A stretch of DNA of 64,000 nt from Thecamonas trahens ATCC 50062 (taxonomy: Eukaryota > Protista > Apusomonadida), in assembly GCF_000142905.1 (NCBI RefSeq), contig NW_013657605.1:1-64000 (forward strand). The letters are read 5' to 3'. A model generated the notes under the pieces. The model searched no databases, was not told the DNA's origin, and was given only the letters and a program-made list of their open reading frames with translations. Positions 9,604 through 19,100 of this stretch are shown in pieces. A program made the translations under genes and the position numbers. Within the stretch, counting starts at the first letter, position 1. Each line of letters starts with the position of its first letter.

Positions 9604-12600
9604 CAGCCGCAGCTGGCCGCCATCCTCTCCCGTCTAGAGGCTGCTGTCGTCGCCGGGCCCATTCGCGAGCTCGACACTGCCGCCCTCGCCCTCAAGGCCC
9701 TGGTGGAGAACATTGTGGCGGCGCTCGACGCCGAGCATGCTGCAGCAGCAGCTGCCGCCGTCGCCGCCGCGGCGTCGGCGTCGGCGTCGGCCACCTCGGG
9801 CTCTGATGCTCAGGCCGGCGTCTCGGACGCCATGCTCGGTCGTGCCCACTTTACCGCCGCCCACGTCCTCGAGCCGCTCACCAGCGGCCTGGAAAAGGCC
9901 GCGGCCCTGTCGGACAACCACCTGCTGCGTTGCCTCGAGGTTCTCTCGGTTTTTACGGGTTCAGCCTGGTTCTCGTCGATTGTCCTCGACTCACAGAACG
10001 CCATCGTCGACACTGTCCGCGCGCTCTTCTCTCACTCGCGCGCCACCGCCCGCAAGCTTGCCATTGGCTGCTACGTCGCCGTCGCCCACTTTGCCCGCTC
10101 CGAGGGCGAGGACGAGCTTGTGGCAGAGCTTGTGGCAGACATTGTCTCGTGGCTCGAGACCCACGCCGCCGAGTGGCGCCAGGACGCCGCAAGCCCGGCC
10201 GCCAACGCCACCCTTCGCACCTACGTCCTCGCCCTCTCTAGCCTCGTCGCCGCCGTCCCATCGGCCTTTACCCCGCACCTGGCCACCGTCCTCGACACCC
10301 TTACGCTTGTCATTGCAGACCCGGCCGACCGTGAGCACGTCTCCGACTCGGTTGTTGAGCTCTCCGAGGCCGTCCTCCTTGCCCTTCGCGCCGTTGTCCT
10401 CGCCCTCTCCACCTCGCTCCCGCCGCGACTGCTGGACGCCATCAAGGGCCTGGCCACTTCTGCCGTCACCTTTGATCCCAATTTTCAAGGCTCCAGCCCG
10501 GCCACCGATGCCGCCGGCCCGGCCGACGAGTCGATGGCCGTTTCTGAGGGCAGCGACAACGACGATGACGACGACCTGCTCTTCGACTCGGAGTTTGAGG
10601 ACTCGGACGAGGGATTCACCGACGATGACGAGGACATTTCCTGGAAAGTCCGTCGTGCCGGTTGGCAGCTCCTCACCGCCATCATCTCGTCGACGCCCGG
10701 CGTTGTTGCTACGCTCTTCGAGACCTCGCTTTCGCTCTTTGTGGCTCGCTTTGACGAGCGCGAGCCGACGGTCCAGACTCATGCCTTTGAGACCTTTGTG
10801 GCGCTGCTGGAGCAGACCTACGCCTTTGCCGACGTCAACGACCACGCACTGGCGATTCTCCGCGATTCTCTGCCGTCAGTCGTTGCCTCTCTCGCCCGCG
10901 TCGCCGACGCCCGCGTTGAGTCGTCGCGGGTCGGCGCCATCAACGTCTTCCTCGCTCTCCTCAAGCTTGTTGGCGTCGCCGGTCTTGCCCCGGACTACCC
11001 ACAGTGGCACCGAGTCTTCCGCGCTGGTCTCGCCGCCTCACGCAAGTACACGGACGACGTCCGCATCGCTACGCTCGCTGGCATTCGCGCCTTCTTCACC
11101 GCGCTCCCATCGTCGCTTGCCCAGCTCGGCTCGCTGCCCGCTGTTCAGGTTGTCACTGAGCTTGTGCCCGACGTCGTCGCCCTTGCCACGCTCGACTGCG
11201 ACTACCGCCTCACCGTCGCCGCCCTTCATGGCCTCGCTTCGCTCTTCCCGCACCTGGAGGGCTGCATGACCCGCGACGAGATTGCGGGCGAGGCCTTTAC
11301 CACCCTGGTGAGCCCAGTCTTTGCCGCCCTCGATGCCCTACTCTCGGCCGCCAACGTCTACACCGACGTCCGCAAGGTTGTCCTCTCTGCCTTTGCTGAG
11401 CTGGTGGTGAGCGCGTGTGCTGTGGCGGTTCCACCCCGTCTCGTCACCGCTATGGACCCGCTCTTTGTCGCCTTTGCCGCCAAGCTCGACTCGGACGTCA
11501 TCCGCTCGGCCTCGGTTGCCGCGCTCTGCCGCATGTGTGAGGCTGCTGTCCCCCCGCCGTCGCTTGTTGCCCACCTTCCAACTGTCCTCGCCAAGCTCTG
11601 CGACTTCCTCGTCCTCGCCTCGCGCCCGCTCAAGCAGCATGCACTCCTCGCCATCCGCCTTGTGGTCACGTCGTACGCGTCGGCGCTCGAGACCGCCGCC
11701 CTCTCGGCAGACACCCAGACCCTTGTCGCCACCATTCTCAAACGCATTGGTGCCTCGCTCCTTTCGCCGCGGGATGTGCTCCTCGCCACAACCGCCATCG
11801 AGACCGCGCTTGCGCTTGCGCCATTTGTGGGCCCGGCCAGCTTTCGGCGCACCACCGAGGCCGACGTCCTCAAGCTGGCCACAGCGCCGACCACTACTGG
11901 CGCTGTCGACGAGTGCGGCGATGCCATCCTTGCCTACTACTCGTTTCTAGTCTCGTCCGGCGCCATGAGCCTCGACGACCTCACAGCCGCCCTCATTGGC
12001 CTCGCCACAACGCTCACTTGCCTTGATGATCTCCCGCGATCGGCCTTTGTCATTTTTGGGCGCATCCTCGGCCGCGCCGCATCTTCCAACCCAGACGTTA
12101 GCGCCACCGCCGCTGCCACCGCCCACCTCGCGGTTGTCCGCCAGTACGGGCTCTGCATCCAGGCGGCCACCGCCGCCAAGGCCAAGCTCGCTGCCAAGCG
12201 TGCCAAGCTCGCCGCCAAGGTTGAGGCATCAGAGGGCGCCGTGGCGGCAGAGGCCGAGGCTTCGTCATCGTCGCGTTCCGGCAGTGGCGCAAGCGCTTCG
12301 GCATCGGCCAACGCCGCCGCCCACCGGGCGACGCTCAAGAAGACGGAGGACCAGCTGGCAGCAGTGCTGGCCGAGATCGACGCACTGCGCGAGGCCGAGC
12401 CGGCTGACATTGGCGGTGCCCTCGTTGCCACCTATGCGCTGGGCGAGCTCGCTGCCCGAGATGACTTGACTTCTGTCGAGGGCCTCTTTGACGCGGTTGT
12501 CGTCCTCCTCAGCTCGCTCGACGACCAGATCCGGTCGGCCGGCGCGTTTGCGCTCGGCCGCGCCCTGCTCGGCGCGCCGTCAACGTTCCTCCCGCAGGTG

Positions 12601-13659
12601 CTCGACGTTCTGGCCTCGGCCAACGCGTCGTCACTGTACTTTATTGTGCAGGCATTTGACCACATGTTCACCGCAGCGCAGGCGTCGGGCGTGGCGCTCG
12701 TCAGCATGTCCGACCTGCAGCCTGCACTCGAAACAATGCAGACCGGACTCTTTGCTGCTGCTGCCGAGCTACCTGCAGGCGACGGGACCCGCAACCTCAT
12801 CGCGCGCGTCCTTGGTCTCCTTGCTCGCGGAGCGCTTGATTGCCAGCTGGGGATCCTTGCCGGCAAGCTGCAGCACGTCGATGAGGCACCAAGCGAGGCC
12901 GAGACCGCGCTGGTGGCGCTGCGGACCGCGCTTGCGCCACCGCTGGTGGTGGCCACTGCGCTCGCCTGCGTCGACCGCATCCTTCCGCTCCTTCTTCCGC
13001 TCCTCGGCCACACGGAGCTCGACGTCCGAGCCGCAGCAGTCGGAACTGTCGCCTTTGTGGCAAAGTTCTACGCCCGCGCGCTCGCGGCGCCCGCCGCACC
13101 CGACGCCGGCCTCGACCACGCCCTCCCGCTCCTCTACGCTCTGGTCGAGCCGAACCCAGATCTTGTGGAGACCGTTAACCGCGGGCCGTTCAAGCAGAAA
13201 ATCGACCACGGCGCAAGCGTCCGCGCCGCCGCCCTCGACTGCATGGCCATCATCCTCTCCAAGCTCCCTGACCGGCTCGACATGGCCGAGTTTGTGCGGA
13301 CCGTGGTGAGCGTCGGCATGGCCGACACCCAGCACCCGGTCAAGCTCCTTGCCCACCGCACACTCGTCCACATGGTCGCGCTTCTTCCCATCCCGCTCGC
13401 GCAGTGGACCGAGGCCATCATCGACGCGCTCCGCAAGTCGCTCGACGCCCGGCCGAAAGTCACCCACCAGCTTGCCATCCAGCAGCACACCGAGCTTGTC
13501 GAGAGCGCGCTCAAGGTGGTCGCCGCCATCTCGGCCTCGCCGCACCTTGCATCGCCGCGGTGGAACGCGTGGGTCGCCTCCGAAGTCACCACCGGCCAAC
13601 ATGCAGACACGTATGCCCGGTTGGTTGCTGCGTCGGCCAAGGACGCCGCTCGCTCATGA
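9604..13659 (+). CDS. CAND1: Divergent cullin-associated NEDD8-dissociated protein 1 (CAND1/TIP120)-like HEAT protein, 5' truncated by gap
   Basis: FDPNF, an acidic loop, DDDEDISWKVRRA, RFDEREPTV, RSAGAFALG and the C-terminal LVETVNRGPFKQKIDHGASVRAAALDCM, which matches the CAND1 TIP120 segment ([22 protein letters not shown]). Confidence 0.88.
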   Translation, partial: QPQLAAILSRLEAAVVAGPIRELDTAALALKALVENIVAALDAEHAAAAAAAVAAAASASASATSGSDAQAGVSDAMLGRAHFTAAHVLEPLTSGLEKAAALSDNHLLRCLEVLSVFTGSAWFSSIVLDSQNAIVDTVRALFSHSRATARKLAIGCYVAVAHFARSEGEDELVAELVADIVSWLETHAAEWRQDAASPAANATLRTYVLALSSLVAAVPSAFTPHLATVLDTLTLVIADPADREHVSDSVVELSEAVLLALRAVVLALSTSLPPRLLDAIKGLATSAVTFDPNFQGSSPATDAAGPADESMAVSEGSDNDDDDDLLFDSEFEDSDEGFTDDDEDISWKVRRAGWQLLTAIISSTPGVVATLFETSLSLFVARFDEREPTVQTHAFETFVALLEQTYAFADVNDHALAILRDSLPSVVASLARVADARVESSRVGAINVFLALLKLVGVAGLAPDYPQWHRVFRAGLAASRKYTDDVRIATLAGIRAFFTALPSSLAQLGSLPAVQVVTELVPDVVALATLDCDYRLTVAALHGLASLFPHLEGCMTRDEIAGEAFTTLVSPVFAALDALLSAANVYTDVRKVVLSAFAELVVSACAVAVPPRLVTAMDPLFVAFAAKLDSDVIRSASVAALCRMCEAAVPPPSLVAHLPTVLAKLCDFLVLASRPLKQHALLAIRLVVTSYASALETAALSADTQTLVATILKRIGASLLSPRDVLLATTAIETALALAPFVGPASFRRTTEADVLKLATAPTTTGAVDECGDAILAYYSFLVSSGAMSLDDLTAALIGLATTLTCLDDLPRSAFVIFGRILGRAASSNPDVSATAAATAHLAVVRQYGLCIQAATAAKAKLAAKRAKLAAKVEASEGAVAAEAEASSSSRSGSGASASASANAAAHRATLKKTEDQLAAVLAEIDALREAEPADIGGALVATYALGELAARDDLTSVEGLFDAVVVLLSSLDDQIRSAGAFALGRALLGAPSTFLPQVLDVLASANASSLYFIVQAFDHMFTAAQASGVALVSMSDLQPALETMQTGLFAAAAELPAGDGTRNLIARVLGLLARGALDCQLGILAGKLQHVDEAPSEAETALVALRTALAPPLVVATALACVDRILPLLLPLLGHTELDVRAAAVGTVAFVAKFYARALAAPAAPDAGLDHALPLLYALVEPNPDLVETVNRGPFKQKIDHGASVRAAALDCMAIILSKLPDRLDMAEFVRTVVSVGMADTQHPVKLLAHRTLVHMVALLPIPLAQWTEAIIDALRKSLDARPKVTHQLAIQQHTELVESALKVVAAISASPHLASPRWNAWVASEVTTGQHADTYARLVAASAKDAARS

Positions 13660-14544
13660 TGAACCTGCCGCCGCTCTGCACAGCAGCTGCAGCTCGCGCG
13701 CTAGAGCTGCGCGCACACTCTCTGCCTCGCACACCAGTCGCACACAGGCCGTCATCCGCTCCGCATCGGATCCGTCCGTAACATAAACAGACGCAGCCAG
13801 CTCATCAGCGCCTTCCCACTCGGCTCGATAGCTTCCGGCCAGGCCGTCCAGCGGTGCGATCCGCAGCAGCGTCCGCAGCGGAGCAGCTGCCACAACGCCG
13901 ACTTCCACGGCTGTATTCGGCACAGTGGCAGCACCCGCAACAATGGTGGCAGCCTGCGACCACAGGTACATGCCGACGCAGATGGCCTTGGACTGCGGCT
14001 TGCCCGTTCCTGGCGACCGCCACGAGACGACCACTTCGACGTTGCACTGGCCCGGCCCGCCGACGATGTTGAGCGGGCGGGCAATGACCACATCTTTGCC
14101 CGGCGCCAGCACCACGCCATCATCTAGCATCACTGGCACCGACTCCACGTCGGGATCGGTTGCGGGGGCAAGGATGATCTCGACGGAGCCGTCGTCTGCA
14201 GCGGTCGTGACCAGCGGGGCTCGACCGGCCGCCGACGGGGCGCGGCCGACGACGGTCACGGCGAGTGGGGGAAGCGGCAGGGCCGAGCCGGTGTGGGCGA
14301 GGCGGACAGCAAGAACGGGCAGGGAGGTCGGGGAGAGCGGCGGGCGCAGATCGGCACGGACCGCGAGAGCATCGGCGAGCATAGAGTCCATGGCCGCCGA
14401 CATGCCTGCCATGGCCTCCACCGACGACGCCAGCGACGCCGCCAGCCGGGCCGACGACGAGCCGAGCTCGCCAGCCACCGCTGCCACTGCCGCCTCCACC
14501 TGGGCCAGACTGGCTCCTGTCGACGGGGGCGGGGGTGACGACAT
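13654..14544 (-). CDS. Hypothetical protein (N-terminal short coiled coil, beta-rich core)
   Basis: 296-aa ATG-initiated ORF with coding-like composition; no recognised motif. Confidence 0.6.
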   Translation of the reverse strand: MSSPPPPSTGASLAQVEAAVAAVAGELGSSSARLAASLASSVEAMAGMSAAMDSMLADALAVRADLRPPLSPTSLPVLAVRLAHTGSALPLPPLAVTVVGRAPSAAGRAPLVTTAADDGSVEIILAPATDPDVESVPVMLDDGVVLAPGKDVVIARPLNIVGGPGQCNVEVVVSWRSPGTGKPQSKAICVGMYLWSQAATIVAGAATVPNTAVEVGVVAAAPLRTLLRIAPLDGLAGSYRAEWEGADELAASVYVTDGSDAERMTACVRLVCEAESVRAALARELQLLCRAAAGSS

Positions 14545-14733
14545 ATAGAGGGGTGGGATGGGCGGGGAGTGGTGGTGGGTGGGTGGGTGGGTGGGGCGGG
14601 TGGGGACTGGGCGAATAAGCCGGCCCAGGACGGCTGGACTGGGCGATGATGGCCATGCGATGGCGAGTGTATGCGCTATGTTGGCGGGTGTGGCTGCGGC
14701 TGCGGTTGCAATAGTGGCTGCACTTATACCTGC

Positions 14734-15837
14734 TCACGTCAGAACGGTCTGAGGGTGGTCTGGTTTGGGCCGATCTGCGCCGAGCATGACGTCGGGCGAC
14801 GGCAGGGCGATGGAGGTCGGTGAGGGGACAAACGAGCCCGGACCATAAGTCGCGCGCTGGATGATGGTCCGGGCGAGGCGTGGGATGAGCATGTCGAGCC
14901 AAATGACTGGCTGGATCTGGGCCCAGGGAAAGGTGACCGACTCGGTCCCGGATGCGGCGGCGGCAATGATGGCAGCAGCGGCGTCGTGGGGCGAAGCATA
15001 TGGTAGATGCGCCACCTCGCCAGCGGTGTTGGTGCGATTGGCTGCGGTGTCGATGTTACCCAGCATGGCCATGGTTATGCCCAGCGGCGCGCCGGTCATG
15101 TCCAGCTCGTGCCGCAGCGATTCGAAAAAGCCGTGCAGCGCGTGCTTGGCCGCCGCGTACGGCGGAACCTTGGGCAGGCCGATCTTGCCGGCAACCGACG
15201 AGACAACAACCAGCTGCGCTCTCGAGCCCGCGTCCCCCGCGGCGAGGAGCAGGCCCATGGCGTGGGTCGCGATGGCCACGTACGAGTCAAAGTTGACTGC
15301 AAACAAGGCCCGCAGCGTGGGCGTGACCCGCACACCGTCCACGCCCGCGCCCTGGGCGGCTGCCAGTCTGGCGACATGGCTGCCATCAGGGCCCGCAAGC
15401 CAGTGCTGCCACCAGCCGGCGACATGGTTTAGAATGAGCATCCGCACGCCCGCCGGACCGACGATGGGCGGCAGCTCGACTGCCATCAGCCGCGCCACGG
15501 CGTCCTCGTCGGCCAGATCGGCCACCACGGTGACGATGGAGGCCAAGGGCGGCGGGCCAGGAGCCACCCGCCGCGCCTCTGCTGCCACATCGGCCAGCGC
15601 GGGAGCCGATCGTGCCACAGCCACTACGTTGGCGCCAGAAGCGGCCAGAGCCAGGACCAGGGCTCGGCCGATGCCCTTGCTCGCCCCGCACACCACCACC
15701 CACTGGCCGGCAAGGCCCGCCACCGCCGCACGACTCGCCGCCGCCCGCCACGCCCGCCACGCCGCTCCGCATGCGCATAACACCGCAGCCACCCCAAGCA
15801 GCACCCACATTCCGCCCATGGTCATCGCCGTCCACAT
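14734..15837 (-). CDS. Membrane-anchored short-chain dehydrogenase/reductase (11beta-HSD1/DHRS7-like)
   Basis: N-terminal hydrophobic anchor, VCGASKGIG, ILNHV, SSVAGK, catalytic YAAAK followed by HALHGFFESLRHEL. Confidence 0.9.
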   Translation of the reverse strand: MWTAMTMGGMWVLLGVAAVLCACGAAWRAWRAAASRAAVAGLAGQWVVVCGASKGIGRALVLALAASGANVVAVARSAPALADVAAEARRVAPGPPPLASIVTVVADLADEDAVARLMAVELPPIVGPAGVRMLILNHVAGWWQHWLAGPDGSHVARLAAAQGAGVDGVRVTPTLRALFAVNFDSYVAIATHAMGLLLAAGDAGSRAQLVVVSSVAGKIGLPKVPPYAAAKHALHGFFESLRHELDMTGAPLGITMAMLGNIDTAANRTNTAGEVAHLPYASPHDAAAAIIAAAASGTESVTFPWAQIQPVIWLDMLIPRLARTIIQRATYGPGSFVPSPTSIALPSPDVMLGADRPKPDHPQTVLT

Positions 15838-15997
15838 CCAGCTCGCTACCGGCGCTAACGTCAGTCAGGTGCGCTTTCGCCCGCCGCCCGCCGGCTCGGC
15901 GAGACGGGTCGGCAGCCGCCGGCAGAGGGATTGGTTTACGACCGCCGGCGGCGGTGGGAAAGGAAGACAAGCTGGGGTGTGCCTCACATGGACGGGC

Positions 15998-17335
15998 TCA
16001 GACATCCGAGGCGGCGGCGGGGGAATCGGAAGATTGGACGGCGTCGTTGTCTTCGTCGTCGAGGAGGACATGCGACTTGAGGATAAAGCCAAAGTCGCCG
16101 TCGACTTGCATGCCGTACCACCAATCGGGCCCGCAGTCCTCTGCAATAATGTAGCGGGCGTTGGGCATGACAGGAAGTTGGTCGGCACGGCGCGGGGTGT
16201 ACGACTTGCCCTCGACAGCCGAGGCCATGACCCGGGTCGGCCCGTTGAGCCGCCGAGACTCGCGGTGCGAGCGCTCGGTCGTCGGCTTGTTCCACAGCTC
16301 CTCCCACGGATCGTCGAGGAACTCAGCCTTGGGCCACGGCCCGGCATGCTGGACAACATCGGCGTCGGCCACGCGCGCGAGCGCTTCCGCACCCTCGATG
16401 ACGTCAAAGCCAGAGCCGAGGTACAGGCCACCAGTCGAGTCGCGGGTGTCAAACGCAATCATGGCCATGCATGAGCAGTCGACCCGGATCCGCGAGGTGC
16501 CGAACGCGTTGAGCGCAAACTCGTGGACAAGGCCGCACTCGTCCGCGCCCATCCCGCCTGCGGTGCACAGGACCCGGAAGGTGTTGTCGAACGAGTTGGG
16601 CGGCGCGCCGGTTACCGCGTTGGAGACCGGCCCGACCGGCTCCGCTGCGGCGGCGGGCGCAGCAGCAGCAGGTGCATCTCCTGCTCCGCCTACGGATCCA
16701 CCCGGCGTCGGCGGAAGCTTGCGGCCGCTGGCAGCGGCGGAAGGAGTGCTGCTGTCGGTGGCTGCAAGATCGTCGTCCTTGTTAGCGGCAAACTCGCAAA
16801 CGCCATCGTCAAGACCAATGACGTCCGGGACGCGACTGATGACCTCGGCGCGCTCGTAGGCAAGCTGGATGCACTCTTGGTGATAGGCAAGCGTGGCATC
16901 GTTGAAGGCGGCGGCGGCCCGGCGGACAACCTGGTGCTCAAAGCGCTTGACCACCATGCGCATGTGGCCCACAGCATCCTCCAGCTCTGATGCCGACTTG
17001 CTTGCAGCGGCAATGTCCGCCTCGAGGCCGCCCTTCTTGGCGTCGTACTTCTTCTGGCCCTGGGCCTTGGCATTCTTCTTCTCGGCCTTGGCCAGCGCGC
17101 CCTGAGCGTCTTTCAGCTGCTTGAGCAACGCGTCGAGATCGCGATGCTTGTCGCGGATGTCACGCAGCGCGTTCATGTACACATCGTGCTGCTTGATGTA
17201 CTCAGTCTCGGCCTCGGCCTGCTCGCCCTGGATCCGCCGAAGGTCTGCGGCATACTCGCTTAGTGCCGAAGACTCGTCATCGGCCCACGCTGCAAAGTAG
17301 TTTGCCGCTGCCTCCCCCGAGTTCTCATGCAGCAT
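15998..17335 (-). CDS. BAR-domain (Pil1/Lsp1- or FAM92-like) protein with C-terminal SH3 domain; main exon
   Basis: Helical region AAANYFAAWADDE...YIKQHDVYMNALRDIRD... and SH3 signature YTPRRADQL...DWWYG...GDFGFILKSHV. The upstream part of the listed ORF looks intronic; exact 5' boundary uncertain. Confidence 0.7.
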   Translation of the reverse strand: MLHENSGEAAANYFAAWADDESSALSEYAADLRRIQGEQAEAETEYIKQHDVYMNALRDIRDKHRDLDALLKQLKDAQGALAKAEKKNAKAQGQKKYDAKKGGLEADIAAASKSASELEDAVGHMRMVVKRFEHQVVRRAAAAFNDATLAYHQECIQLAYERAEVISRVPDVIGLDDGVCEFAANKDDDLAATDSSTPSAAASGRKLPPTPGGSVGGAGDAPAAAAPAAAAEPVGPVSNAVTGAPPNSFDNTFRVLCTAGGMGADECGLVHEFALNAFGTSRIRVDCSCMAMIAFDTRDSTGGLYLGSGFDVIEGAEALARVADADVVQHAGPWPKAEFLDDPWEELWNKPTTERSHRESRRLNGPTRVMASAVEGKSYTPRRADQLPVMPNARYIIAEDCGPDWWYGMQVDGDFGFILKSHVLLDDEDNDAVQSSDSPAAASDV

Positions 17336-18771
17336 GAGTTGCTCGTGCCCATCACCCACCCATCCACACCCCACCACCCACCCACCGATCATCAGGTGCA
17401 GGATGGTCTCTCCCTTGATCGCCACCTGGTGTGCGCTGATTAGGCACACAACCATCCCCCCTCCCTCCCTGCACCCTTCACCCATACACTCGGCGCCAGA
17501 ACATGCCCACGTTGACGCCAACACCCTCCACGGCCACGGCCACGGCCACTCCGCGGCCACGACCACCACATGGCCACGGCCACCAACCAAAAGGCCACGA
17601 CCACCACACGGCCATGGCCACCACACGGGCACCTGGCAGACATACCCTCCACCTGATTGGTCTTGTATACCCTCAGCGACTTGGCCACGTCCTACACACC
17701 CACCCATCAACACCATGAGTACGGGTATCCTCCTCCCTCTCCCTCCCCCCCCCCCCCNNNNNNNNNNNNNNNNNNNNNNNNNNNNNNNNNNNNNNNNNNN
17801 NNNNNNNNNNNNNNNNNNNNNNNNNNNNNNNNNNNNNNNNNNNNNNNNNNNNNNNNNNNNNNNNNNNNNNNNNNNNNNNNNNNNNNNNNNNNNNNNNNNN
17901 NNNNNNNNNNNNNNNNNNNNNNNNNNNNNNNNNNNNNNNNNNNNNNNNNNNNNNNNNNNNNNNNNNNNNNNNNNNNNNNNNNNNNNNNNNNNNNNNNNNN
18001 NNNNNNNNNNNNNNNNNNNNNNNNNNNNNNNNNNNNNNNNNNNNNNNNNNNNNNNNNNNNNNNNNNNNNNNNNNNNNNNNNNNNNNNNNNNNNNNNNNNN
18101 NNNNNNNNNNNNNNNNNNNNNNNNNNNNNNNNNNNNNNNNNNNNNNNNNNNNNNNNNNNNNNNNNNNNNNNNNNNNNNNNNNNNNNNNNNNNNNNNNNNN
18201 NNNNNNNNNNNNNNNNNNNNNNNNNNNNNNNNNNNNNNNNNNNNNNNNNNNNNNNNNNNNNNNNNNNNNNNNNNNNNNNNNNNNNNNNNNNNNNNNNNNN
18301 NNNNNNNNNNNNNNNNNNNNNNNNNNNNNNNNNNNNNNNNNNNNNNNNNNNNNNNNNNNNNNNNNNNNNNNNNNNNNNNNNNNNNNNNNNNNNNNNNNNN
18401 NNNNNNNNNNNNNNNNNNNNNNNNNNNNNNNNNNNNNNNNNNNNNNNNNNNNNNNNNNNNNNNNNNNNNNNNNNNNNNNNNNNNNNNNNNNNNNNNNNNN
18501 NNNNNNNNNNNNNNNNNNNNNNNNNNNNNNNNNNNNNNNNNNNNNNNNNNNNNNNNNNNNNNNNNNNNNNNNNNNNNNNNNNNNNNNNNNNNNNNNNNNC
18601 GCAGGTACGTCCTCCCTCCCTCTCCCCCACCCCCCCCCGCCCCCCCCCCCCCTCGACATGCGCCTGAGTCTGGTGGTCAATTCCCACGAATTTGGTCCGC
18701 ACAGGGCGGAACCTCACTTGTGCGTGGGGATAGACAAGGCGGTGACGTGGGATGCTGAGCTTAGTACATAC

Positions 18772-18867
18772 TGCTACCTCGGAAATAGCAACTTCTAGTG
18801 CTGCGTAGGATTTGAGCTGGTTCCGTGCGCGCTGAAGCTTCTTCTTGGCCTGGTTCAATGCCTCCAT
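18772..18867 (-). CDS. Probable first exon of the BAR-SH3 gene
   Basis: ATG at 18867 encodes amphipathic MEALNQAKKKLQRARNQLKSYAALEVAISEVA, followed by a GTATGT donor-like site. Same strand, directly upstream across the gap. Confidence 0.4.
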
Positions 18868-19100
18868 GTCTTTCCCGCCGTCCACGCCTGCACGAGTCGA
18901 ATGGTCGCCAACCACGCTGCGGCACGCCGCTCACGGCGCTTGCCTGCTGCTCACAGTCATGCTTGGCAGTGCCAACTGAAGTGTGCATTGGTTGTGCAGT
19001 GGCTGGTGCAAGTGGCTCATTCATCGCCACTGGCCGCATCGCCCGAATCGCGATCATGTCCACGCAGCAAAGGGGGGGGGGGGCAGACGTGCTTCTTTAC

